Part shown: one piece after another, positions 30,501 to 42,500 of the stretch
Layout: the number at the start of each line of letters is the position of its first letter
Position numbering within the stretch: position 1 is the first letter of the stretch
Assembly (NCBI GenBank): GCA_027483705.1
Contig: JAIXTY010000045.1
Location: 43,503-107,502, forward strand
DNA from: Rubrivivax sp.
GTDB lineage: Bacteria; Pseudomonadota; Gammaproteobacteria; Burkholderiales; Burkholderiaceae_C
DNA length: 64,000 bases
Direction of reading: 5' to 3'
Notes under the pieces: model-generated
Told to the model about the DNA's origin: nothing
Seen by the model: the letters and a program-made list of their open reading frames with translations, nothing else
Database searches by the model: none
Translations under genes and position numbers: made by a program

Positions 30501-33500
30501 ACGGCGGCACGTACAGCGCGCCGCCCGGGCCCGGCACGTTGTCGTCGAGCACCGTGCGCGCGCCGTTGATGTCGCGGTAGAGCTTGGCGTCGGTGTACGA
30601 GAAGTCGTACAGCGGCTTGAAGCCGGTGTGGTTGAGCACGGCCCAGCGCTCGTCATCGCCGAGCTGCTGGAAGCTCTTGTAGGCCGTCGACCGGTAGTCG
30701 GCGGTGATCGCCGGCACGCTGCGGATCGGTGTCTGCTCGTCGCCGGCGTTGTTCCAGTCGACGGCGGCGTTGGAGTAGTCCACGCCCTCGATGAGCACCT
30801 CGCGGAACTGGCGCGTCACCGGGTTGTAGTAGCCGATCTGCTCCAGTTGCACCTCGTACTCGGCGAACTGGCGGCCCACCTGCACGAGCTCGCTGCCGAC
30901 CTGCTCGGTCACGGTCGTCAGCGTGGTCGTCACCTCGGGCACGGTGACGGTGCCCACGGCCTCGCGGCGCACGGTGCCGGTGTAGACCTGCACGAGGTCG
31001 GTCACGGTGCGCGTGAACTGCACCGCGAGGTCGCGCCCGTCGTCGAGCACGGCGTCGGCGTCGAGCACCACGTTGTCGCCGGCACGCAGCGTCACCTGCC
31101 CGCCAGCGCGCACGACGGCGCTGCCGCGGATGACGAGCTCGCCACCCACGAGGCGGTTGTCGGGCAGCGCCGACTCCAACGTCTCGCGGCCCCAGGCGAG
31201 CTCGATGCCGACGTTGACGTCGAGCGCGCCGGCCGCATCGACGAGGCCGCCGATCTCGACGCGGCGCTCGCCCGACAGCAGCACGCGGCCCTCGGCGCTG
31301 GTGGCGCGGATGAAACCGTCAACCACCATCTCCGGCGCGGCCAGGTGCGTCAGCAGGCCCGACGAGATGATGGCGCGCGGCGTGGTGCCGGTGGCCGTGG
31401 CCAGCGGCCCGGCGGCGCGCAGCTCGTTGCGGGCCTCGATGTAGACGCGACTGTCGTCAGCCAGCGCAAACACGTGCGCGCCGGCCAGGATGCGCGGCGA
31501 GCCGCCCAGCACCACGGCCTCGTCGCCGGCGTTGATCTCGCGGCCGAGCGTGATGTCGCCGGCGGCCGACTCCACCGTCACCACCGCCACCTGGCCCTCG
31601 CCACCGAGGTCGTTCTGGCCGACCACGCCCTCGATCAGCACGCCGTCGATGGCGGCCAGCGTGATGCGGCCGCCCTCGTCGGTGTCGATGTCGCCGCCGC
31701 TGACGTAGTCACCGCCCGCCGAGACGTAGCGCTCGACCACCAGGCCCAGGCGGCTGGCGTCGGTGCCGCCGAGGATGTCGACGGCCGCCTGCGCCTTGAC
31801 GATGCCGCCCACCAGCACCTGCGATCGCGCCAGGATGTCCACCTTCGCGCCGCTGTCGAGCGCCTGCACCAGGCCGCGCAGCTGCACGTCGCCATCGGCA
31901 CGCACGCGCACCAGGCCGTCGCCGCGCTCGGCCGTGGCGCCGGTGCTGCCGCTCCAGGTGGGCGTGGGCACGCCGTCGACGTCGCGCGTGCCGGCGGCGT
32001 CGGCGGTGATCGACGACTCGCGGCTCGTTCGCAGCGAGACGCCGCTGACCGCATCGGCCCCGGCGCGCAGCTCGACGCGGCCGGTGGCCAGCAGCTCGCC
32101 GCCCAGGCCGCCGGCGAGGTTGCCGATGACGATGTCGCGCACGGCCTCGATGTCGATGGCCGCGGCGCGGCCGCTGAACGTGAAGCTGCTCGACAGCCGG
32201 TCGGGCTGCGTGGCGCCGGCGCGCAGCGCGCCGGCGATCTCCACGCGGCCGCCGGCCAGCTGGATGCGGCTGTCTTCGCCGCTGGTCATCAGCGTGCCGC
32301 CGAGCGCCACCGTCAGCGTGCCACCCGCGGTGGCCTCCAGGCGCTGCGCGGCCAGCACCAGCGCGGCGCCGTCGCTGAGCGTGGCGTCGCCGATGTCCAG
32401 CGCGTCGCCGGCCACCAGCGTGATGCGCTGGCCCTCGGCATTGGCGCGCAGGCTGGTGCCCACGATGCGCAGGTCGTCGCCCGCCGTGGCGCGCAGCGAG
32501 CCGGCCAGCGAGAAGCTGCCCGAGAGCGTGAGGTCGCGCGTGGCGCGGATCGTCACCTCGTCGTCGTAGCTGGCTGGCGTGGCGGTGGCGCTGCGCACCG
32601 TGCCGGCGACGACGACGTCGCGGCCCGAGATCTCGATGGCCGCGCCCGTCTCGACGATGCCGGACTCGCGCTCGATGCTCAGCGTGCCCTCGCGCGAGGC
32701 CAGCTGCACCAGCGCCAGCGCCGGGTTGCCGGTGCCGATGCTGCTGTTGATGCGAACGTCGTTCAGGCCCGCCACGACGATGCGGCCGCCAGCGTCCAGC
32801 GTCGTCAGCGTGCTGGTGCCGTAGGTGGCGATGCTCAGCTCGCCGGCGCGCACCGTGCTGCCGGCGCTGACGAGGATGTCGCGCTGCGCGGTGAGGTCGC
32901 CGCGCAGCTCCAGCGTGCCCTTCGCGGCGATGACGATGTCGGCGTCGGTGCCACGCGCCACCAGTTCGCCGCGCAGCACGAAGTGGCCGGCCGGGTCGAG
33001 CCGCATGCCGCCGGCGAGCGTCTCGATGCGGCCGCTCTCGGTGAGCGTCACGGCCAGCAGGCCGCTGCCGCTGCCCGACGTGAACACCACGCCGCTGTGG
33101 GCGCGGATGGCGCCGCTGACGGTGATGTCGCCGCCGGCCACGCCGGCACGGCCGATGGTCACCACCGAGCCGGTGCCGCTGGCGTCGATGGCCCAGGGCC
33201 GCGCCGAGGCCGTGGGTCCGGCCGTGGCGGCGCTGCTGCCGGCCACCTGCGTGAAGCCCAGCCGTTCTGCACCGCCGGCCTCGGCCGCGGCGAGGCTGAA
33301 GCGGTGGTTGGAGGTCAGCAGCAGCCGGCCGTCGTCCAGCCGCACCGCCAGGTCGCCGGCGGCCAGCGACACCGTGCTGCCCACGGCCGGGCCGGCCGGT
33401 GACAGCGTCACGACGAAGGCCGTGGCCAGGATGGCGTCGAGCAGATCCTGCCGCAGGCTCGCCAGGCCGCTGTTGCCCACCGTGGCCGAGGCCGGCAGCA

Positions 33501-36500
33501 CGACCGTGCCGCGCACCGTGTGGGTGGGCAGTTCGACCGTCAGCACGAAGCGCGCGTCGCCCGTCAGCACGCCGCTGGCGAACTCGGCGAAGCCGTCGGC
33601 ACGCAGCTCCTCCCGCCAGGCCGGCGCCAGCAGGCCCATGGCGCCGGCGGCACTGACGGCGATGGTGCTGTCGTCCTGCCAGGTGCTCAGGCCCACGGTG
33701 CCGCCGAGCAGCAGGCCGTAGGCGCTGAACGGGTCGGCCGGGTCGGCCGGTGTGTCGGCCACCCCGCCGCGCACGTCGATCAGGCGGCCGGCGGCCAGGT
33801 CGCGCGTCAGGCGCACGGCGCCGGCGGCCTCGACGGTGATGCTGGAGTGCCCGTCGAAGGGCACCAGCGTGCCGCCGAGCGTGAAGCCGGCGGCGTCGCG
33901 CGTTTCCACCCACTCGGCGCCGGCAGCGACGATGCCGTCGATCAGGGCCGCCGAGGCCGAGCGCAGCACGATGGCGCCGTCGGGATCGGCCACCACCACG
34001 CGCGACGCGCCCGGCAGCACCAGGCCGGCCGCCGCGAAGCCCGTGCCCTCGCCACGGCCGCCGGCGAGCTCGATGCGGCTGGCGGCCAGCACGCTGCCGC
34101 CGACCGTGACGAAGCCGCCGCTCACGGCGGGCACGCTCATCGACAGGTCGAGCACGCCACCGGCGCTGATGCGCGCCGTGCCGCCTTCGGCCGACCAGGT
34201 GATGGTCTCGCCGAGCACCTCGCCACCCGCGCCCAGCGTGAAGGCCGGCGTGCCGCCGGCGATGACACGCCCGCCGATCTGCGCGCCGCCGAAGACGTTG
34301 ATGTCGACGAGGCCGCCGCTGCCGCTGCTGGTGCTGCCCGCCACGTTCAGGCCCGCGGCCGGCGACAGGCGCAGCGAGAGGCCGGCGTCGTCGGCGCCCG
34401 GGGCGGCGCTGGTGCTCAGGCGGATCGAGGCCGCGGCGTTGAGCGAGCTCTCCAGGCGGATCTGCTCGCCGGCACGCACCGTGATGGCCGAGTCGGGCCC
34501 GGCGAACACCGTGCCGGTGTCGGTGCTGCGGCCACCGGCGATCAGCGCGCCGAAGACCTCGACGTCGCGCGCGCCGTCGAGCGTGATGCTGCTACCCGCG
34601 GCCTGCGTCACCAACGTCGAGGTCGGGTGCACGTAGATGCTGGTGCCGGCGCCGGGCTTGCCGGCCTCGGGCGCGCCGCGGCCGGTGAGCGACAGGTTGC
34701 CGTTGATCTCGGCCGTGCCCTGCCAGTAGACCCAGCGGTCGGAGGCCAGCGAGAGGTCGCTGCCGGCGCCGCGCAGCAGCAGGTTGCCCTGCACGATGAC
34801 GTCGCCGTCGCTGTCGACCACGAAGTCCGCGTCGGGCTCGAGCGTGAACACCGTGCCGCGCAGCAGGAAGCCGGCGCCGCGCTGGCCCACCAGCGGGTGC
34901 GCGTCCTGCACCTCGAGGCGGTCGATCACGCCGTCGGCCTCGGCATCGCGCGCCACCAGCATCACGCGGCCGGCTTCGCCGTTGTCCAGCAGCCAGCGCG
35001 TGACGACGCTGATGCCGGCACCGCCGTTGGTGTAGTCGCTGCCCAGCGAGAAGCTGGTGCGCAGCGGCTCGGCCACGCCGGCCGCCGGGTTGTGGAACAC
35101 CGGCTGCTCGTAGCGCTCGAAGCCGCTGGACAGCAGCACCCGCTGCTGCTGCGCCGCCGTGAGTTCGGCAAAGGGCGTGCCGGCCGCGGGCACCGGCACC
35201 GTCGACCAGCTGACGTCGGCGTTGCGGTAGTCGACGCCCTCGACCAGGCCGATGCGCAGGCGGTTGGCCGGCGTGGCGTCGTCGTTGGCGTAGACCAGCC
35301 CGTTGAAGCGCGAGTAGGCCAGCACCGCGAGCACGCGGTTCTGCTGCTCGCCGGTGAGATCGACCCAGGCCGTGCCCGGCGCGGCGGGGGCCACGCCGGC
35401 CCAGTCGAGCGTCAGCGCGTTGTAGTCGCGGCCCTCGCCCTCGACCAGGGCCTCGACGACGCGGCGCGCGGCGTCGCTGGCACCCGGGTTCACCAGCACC
35501 TCGCGGTCCACCACGTCGTAGCCCAGGTCCTGCAGCAGCGCATCGCGCTGGGCCGGCGTCAGCCGCTCGAAGGGCGTGCCCGCGGCCGGCGCCACGGCGC
35601 CGCCCCAGTCGACGAGGGCCGGGTCGTAGTCGGCGCCGCCGGCGCCCAGCGCGGCCGTGAAGCCGGCCACCACGCGCAGGCCCTCGGGGGCATCGGCCTT
35701 CACGAACAGGCGGCCGTCGATGCGTTCGTAACCCAGCGCCGAGGCCACCACCTGCTGCTGTGCCGCGCTCAGCGCCGCAAACGGCGTGCCGTCGGCGGGC
35801 CGTGCGGTCGTGCCCCAGTAGATGTCGGCATTGGCGTAGTCGACCGGCCCGCCCTGGCGGAAGTCGGTCACCAGCTTGCGGTCGGGCGCGGCGTCGTGGT
35901 TGTAGAACTCCAGGCGCACCGGCACGGGCAGCGCCAGCTCGCGCTCGATGGAGCGCACCACCGCCGCGCGGTCGGCGGCCGAGAGCCCGCGCCAGTCGGC
36001 ATCGGTGGCGGGGCGCACGGCGGCGTCGACGACCTCGCGCTGGTCCTGCGACAGCTCGCCGTAGGCCGTGCCGGCCGCCGGCACGAAGTCGATCAGCCGG
36101 TCGACCACCGCCCGCTGCGCCGGCGTGAGATCGGCGTAGGCCGTGGCCGGCGCGGGCACCGGCACACCGCCCCATTCGGCGGCGCTGATGAGGTTGGCGT
36201 AGTTGCCGTTGAAGCCGGCGATCCAGGTCTCGCGCGGGATGCTGGCGTAGTCCAGCGGGCGCAGCGCCAGGAAGTCCTCGGTCGGCACGCGGTTGAGGTC
36301 CACCTTCCAGCCCAGCGTGTAGGCCACCAGCAGCTTCTGCGCCACGCCCAGGCTCGCGAACGGCGTGCCCGCGGCCAGGGCCGGCAGGCCGGCGCCGGCC
36401 CAGTCGATGGCGCTGTTGTCGTAGTCGCTGGTGCGGCCCTCGATGAAGCCGCGCAGCACCGTGTCGCCGTCGACATACACCGGCCCGCTGACGACGCTGT

Positions 36501-39500
36501 AGCCCAGGTGCGCCGCCACCGCAGCCTGCTGCGCCGGCGTCAGCGCACCGAAGGCCGTGCCCGCGGCCGGCGCGCCGGCATCGCCCCAGGCCACGGCGGC
36601 GGGGTCGTAGCCGACGGCGAAGCCCGGCGTCAGCTCGGGGCGGAAGACGTTGCGCGCCGCGTCGAAGAAGCCGCCGTCGCGCCAGGGCGTGTAGCCCAGG
36701 CTCGCGGCGACGATGTCCTGCTCGGCCTCGGAGAGCTCGGCAAAGCCGCGCAGGTCGTCGACGGCGACGACGCGCGTGCCGCTGCCGACGACGAAGCCCT
36801 GCGAGGCCAGCAGCGCGCGCAGTTCGGCGTTCAGCGTGCCGGCGCGCAGCGCCTCAAGCTGCGCCGCGATGAACGACGGTTCGCTGCGGCTGGTGAGCAG
36901 CCGGCCGTCGAGGCGGTCGAAGTAGTCGGCCAGGCCATCGACCGCCGCGCCGCCCTGCAGTTGCAGGCCGCCGCCGGCGGCCACCAGGCCGTCGAGCAGC
37001 AGCGAGCCGGCGGTGACGACACGCAGCGACGCGTCGCGGCCGGTGAGGAAGGGCTCGGTGCCGGCCGGCGGGAAGTCGGCACCCGACAGCACCACGCTGC
37101 CCGAGGCCAGCTGCAGCGAGCGCGTGGCCTCGACGTCGATGCGGCTGTTGTCGCCCAGGGCCTGCCACTGACCGAACTGCAGCAGGCGCAGCGCATCGGC
37201 CGTGCGCACGGTGATGGTGGCGCCGTCGCCGTTGGCGATCAGGCCGCCGGCCATGAAGATGGAGCCGCTGGCGCTGAGGTTCAGCCGCCCGCCGTCGGCG
37301 CGCACGATGACGGCGCTGCCGTTGTCGCTGGTGAAGCTGTTCGGGCCGGCGCTGCCGTAGGTGACCATCGCCCCGACGCCGGTGCTGGCGGTGACGCGCA
37401 GGTCGACCGAGCGCTCGCCGATGATCCAGCCGCTGGCGGTGATCTGCTCCTCGACCGTGGCGTCGATCTCGGCGGCCGTCAGGCCCGAGTCGGGCCCGCC
37501 GAGCGGCGTGCGCAGGTTGCCACGGTCGATGTCGAGCAGCCGCGCCACCAGCTCCAGCCGCCCGCTGGCCTGCACGTCGCCCTGCACGTTGATGCGCTCG
37601 GCCACCAGGCGCACGGGGTCGTCGAAGCGGGCCGAGAAGGCCTCGCCGCCCAGCACGGTGTCCTCGATGTCGCCCAGCGTCATCTCGACGCCGGCCGCGC
37701 GGTGGCCGATGGCGATGGCCGAGAAGCCGTTGCGCAGCGCCGAGAGGTCGCGCATGCCGAGGTGCATCGAGCCGGCCACGTTGGCGGTGGACTGGTCGAC
37801 GCCGACGAAGTTCTGCCCCGCCGCGCCCAGCCGGTAGTCCTGCGTGTCGTCGGTGGCGCGGATGTCCAGGCGGCCGCTGCCGCGCACGGTGTTGGCGCCG
37901 GCGGCGAAGTCGATGTCGTCGGCGTGCAGCACCATGTCGCGGCCCGCGCCACCGGCCGCCAGCTGGCCGCTGGCCAGCGTGAGCAGCGCCTCGTCGCCGG
38001 CCAGGCGCACATCGATGCCGCCGGCGGCCGCCACGAGGCCACCGCCGCTGCGGCCGTCGGCCACCAGCACCAGGCTGTCGGCTTCGCGCACGACGATGTC
38101 GGCGGTGGCCGCGCCGGCCGTGCCGCGGTTGAGCACCGACAGCTCGGCCAGCCGCGTGTCGAGCACACCGTCGACGCCGGCCGCCGACACGCTGAACAGC
38201 GAGCCGGGCGCGTCGAGCCGCGCGCCCTGCACGTCGAGCACGCCAGCGAGCTCGAACACGAGGTCGGTGCCGTCCCAGGCCGCCGTGGCGTCGGGCCGGA
38301 ATGCCGTGCGCACGGCGTTGGTGTCGGCGAGCTCGATGCGGTCGACGCCGGCGTCGAAGACGATGCTGCGCGCGCCGGCGGCGCTGGTGAGCGTGAGCGT
38401 GCTGCCGGCCAGGCCGATGGGCGCGGTGGAGGCGATCGGCGCCACGACGACACGGTCCTTGCCGTCGCCGCCGACGATCTCCACCCGGCCGATGCCGCTC
38501 ACCTGCACGAGGTCGTCACCGGCTCCGGCCTCGACGCGGTTGTTGCCGGCGCCGACGACGATGGTGTCGCGGCCGCCATTGGCGCGGATCAGGTTCGCGC
38601 CCGGGCCCATGTCGATGAACTCGCCGCCGTCGCCGCCGGTGAACTGGTCGTTGCCGTCGCCGCCGAAGTAGCGGATGCCGTTGACCGGGCCGCCGACCAG
38701 CTTGTCGTCGCCGGCGCCGGTGCGCACGGTGCTGCCGGCGGCGCTGCCCAGGATGAGCACGCTGTCCTTGCCGTCGCCGAGATCGATGTCGAGCACCGCC
38801 TCGATGCCCGAGCCGATGTAGACCGAGTCGTTGCCGCGCCCGCCGATGGCCACGATGCGGCGCACGCTGTTGGTGGCGTAGGTCTCGCTGAAGCCCAGCG
38901 ACTGCACGGTGATCGTGCCGCCGTCACGCTCGACCGAGAACGACTCGTTGGTGACGTCGTCGAAGGCGTCGCGGCCGTAGCGCCCGCTGGCATCGCCCAT
39001 GTGCAGGAAGAGCGTGCCGTCGGCGGCGAGGTGGCTGATGTCGGGCGGGTCGCCCAGACTCCACAGCTTGCTGCCCGACACGGTGATGCCCATCACCGTG
39101 ACCTTGGCCGCCAGGTAGGCGCTGATGGGCGTGATGTCGATCTCGCCGCGGAAGCCGGCGATCGTGAAGTCGATCGTGAACAGGCCGACGTCGAGCTCGA
39201 AGTCCAGCGAGCCGTAGGCGCTGGCCGCAAAGCGCGGCCGGCTCGACAGCAGCAGGCTGACGCCGGCCTCCAGGTGCAGCGGGCCCAGGCGCAGGTCGAG
39301 CTCGGCACTGCCGCGGATCTCGAAGTCGCCCTCGCTGGTGACGTAGCCGCCGACCTCGATGTCGAGCACGCCGAAGAAGTCGAGGCTGCCGTCGAACTCG
39401 AGCTTGAAGACCTCGTCGACGATGCTGATGCGGCCACCGAACTCCACCTCGAAGGCCAGCAGCTTGAAGCCGCCGTCGAGCGCCAGGTCGAACAGCGTGT

Positions 39501-42500
39501 TGCCGGCGATCGTGAAGCCGTCCAGCGTCCGGTAGGCCTGGCTGGAGGTGTTGATCTGCAGCGTGGCTTCGGCGTTCACGTTCATGAAGCCGATGCCGAA
39601 CTCGACGTCGGAGCGCACGCGCAGCGCGAAGAACGGCGTGCCGGTCGAGTCGATGGCAAAGGCCGCGGCGAGCTCGAAGTCGATCTCGCCGAAGTCGCCC
39701 AGGTCCAGGCTCACGCTGCCGGCGGCCTGCACGCCGGACTCGTCGATCAGCAGGTCGACGGCGCCCTCCAGCGAGATCGGCCCGACGTTGATGGACGCGC
39801 GGCCCGACAGCCGCAGCAGGTTGGGGTCGACGTTGACGAGGATCGGCCGGCCGCTGCTGTCGAACACGTTGCCGGAGGCGTCGCGCCCGCGCACCTGCTG
39901 CACGTCGTTCGTGGTGTTGATCTGCAGCAGGAACAGGCCGGTGACGTTGAACGCGTCGCCGCCGTCGATGATGCGGCCCTCGGGGCCGCTGCCGCCGATG
40001 GCGAGGCTGCCGTAGAGGCCGCCGGCGACGATGCCCAGCGTGCCCGTCACCGACAGCGGTTCCAGCACCGGGAGGTCGACCTGCGCCGTGACGCCGAGTT
40101 CCAGCCCGCTGCTGGAAATGATGATGACGAAGTCGCCCTGCGCCTCGAGCAGGCCGTCGAGCAGGTTCAGCCGGCCCTCGCCGGCCAGCGCCAGGTACGG
40201 GCCCGTCCAGTCGGGGCGGCCGGGCGGCGTGGCGGGGATCGTGTAGACCGGGAAGTCGACGATGTCGGAGAAGGCCTCGGGCACCTCGTAGACGATCTCG
40301 GTGCCGAAGGTGTTGAGCGTGACCTCGAAGCTCGCCTCCAGCTGCGCCGCGCTGCCGAAGTCGATGCTGCGCTCCAGCTCCAGCCGCATCGCGATGCCGT
40401 CGCGGATGACGAGCAGGCCCGTGGCCGTGGTCTCGAGCAGCGGCGCAGACGCCGGCCCCACGCGCATGTTGACGTTGACGAACAGCTGCAGCCCCTGGCT
40501 CGCGCTGGCGCGCAGGTCCACCGCGCCCGACAGCGCCACAAGGCCCGCGACCTCGATGTCGAGCGCGCCGAAGAGGCGCAGGAACTGCTCGTCGTAGTCC
40601 AGCACGATGGGCTGGTCGGGGTTGCCGGTCTCGATGGCGTAGCCGGGGCTCACGACGCCGGCCGAGTTGGCCCAGGTGGCGCGCGAGAAGTCGATGACCT
40701 CGAACGACGCCGCCACGCTCACGCCGTCGGCGATGGACACCGCGCCGCTGCCGGCGTCGCGCGTGAACTCGCCGGTGCCGATCTGGAAGCGCAGGCCGGT
40801 GTTCACCTGCAGCAGCAGGTCGGTCGCGTCCATCCTGACGCCATCGACGCCCACCAGTCGCAGCGAGTCGATGTCGGCATAGGCCGCGACGTACACGCCG
40901 ATGCTTGCGCCCTGCGCCGTGATCACCAGTTCCTTGGCGACGATCAGGCCGAGGTCCAGGTCTTCGAGCGCGATGCCGATGGCGCTGGTGTCGGGCGTGT
41001 CGTCCTCGTCGATGCGGCCGTCGCCGTTGCTGTCGCGCCAGTACGGGCCGTCGCCGATGAAGCCGTAGGCGTCGTTGATGCCGATGGCCAGCGAGGTGAC
41101 GATGGTCTCGTCGCCGCCGGCCAGGATCACCGTCTCGGCGCCGCGCTTCGTGAAGGCCATCGAGGCCGACAGCTGCACGAAGCCGCCGAGGTTGATGCTG
41201 GCGTAGCCGACCTTGGCCTGGATGATCTCCTCGGTGAAGTCGATGAACACCGAGCGCCCGCCGCCGGCCGGCAGCGCGAAGCCGGCGCTGTCGATCAGGC
41301 CGTTGCTGTTGGCGTCTTCGCCGGCGTCGAGCCGCCCGTTGTTGTTGGCGTCCTCGGTGTAGTCGACGAAGCTCGGGCTCGTCTTCCAGTTGATCGAGGG
41401 CGGGCCGAACAGCTGGATGGCCGCCTGCACCGGCCCGGGGGCCGAGGGCAGGTAGAAGCTGTTGATGTTGATGGCGATGTCTTCGGCCCGCACGTCGAGC
41501 ACATCGCGGTCCACGCCCACGAGGCCGGCGAAGTCCACCGTGGCCTTGGCCGCCACGAAGCGCGGCGCGTACTGCTCCAGGCTCGGGATGGCCGCGCCGA
41601 TGGCCGGCGTCATCATCGCGAAGCCGAAGTCGACGTTGTCGATGAGCAGGCCGACCGCGCCTTCGTTGATGCTGTCGAGCAGGCCGTCGTCGTTGGCGTC
41701 CTCGCCAAAGCGGTAGGGCCCGCCGATGCCGGCGAAGCCGCTCAAGTTGGCGCCGCCCAGGGTGAGCGCCTTCACCTGCAGCGGGAAGTTGCCGGGCAAA
41801 TCCAGGCTTTCGAGCAGCGGCCGCAGGCCGCCGGCATCGACCGTGACGGTGTAGACCTCACCCTGGCGGAAGGCCAGCGAGCCGCGCAGGAACAGGAAGT
41901 CGGCCACCGCGATCTCGGCCAGGCCGATGTCGAGGCCGAGGATCTCACTGCCAGTGAAGTTGAGGTAGACCGGCATGCCGCCGGTGCGGATCTTCAGGCC
42001 CGTCACCGGGTTGCCGTCGTCGTCGGTGCCTTCGATGCTGCTGTAGTCGGCGGTGGCGCGCATCAGGCCGCCGAAGAGCTTGCCGCCGGTGTTGACGTCG
42101 ACGCGCACGTCGCTGGCGCGGATGGTCAGCGTGTCGCCGAAGCCGAAGCTGCCCAAGGTGTCGGCCGAGACGGTGAGCGAGAAGAAGCTCTCCGTCGGCA
42201 GGCCCAGCAGGCTGGCCTTGAACACGCCCAGGCCGATGTCGACGTTCTGCACGCCGAAGCCGACCAGGTCTTCCTGCTCGGCGAAGGGGCGTGAGAAATC
42301 GGGCCCGCCGGTGCCGACGAAGAGGTTCACGTCCGAGGCGCCGAAGCTCAGGCCCTGGAAGCTGACACCCGACAGCCGCGAGTAGTCGTCCGACAGCCCG
42401 CCGATGCTGCGCAGGATGCCCAGGATGCGCCCGGCCTGGTCGCCCAGCAGGCCCTCGATCAGGCTCAGCTCGCGCGGCAGCCCGGTGTACATGTCGGCGG

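Noticed and set aside
8350-32910. Several RGD tripeptides in the giant proteins
   Set aside because: Expected by chance in about 15,000 Gly/Arg/Asp-rich residues; no supporting context.
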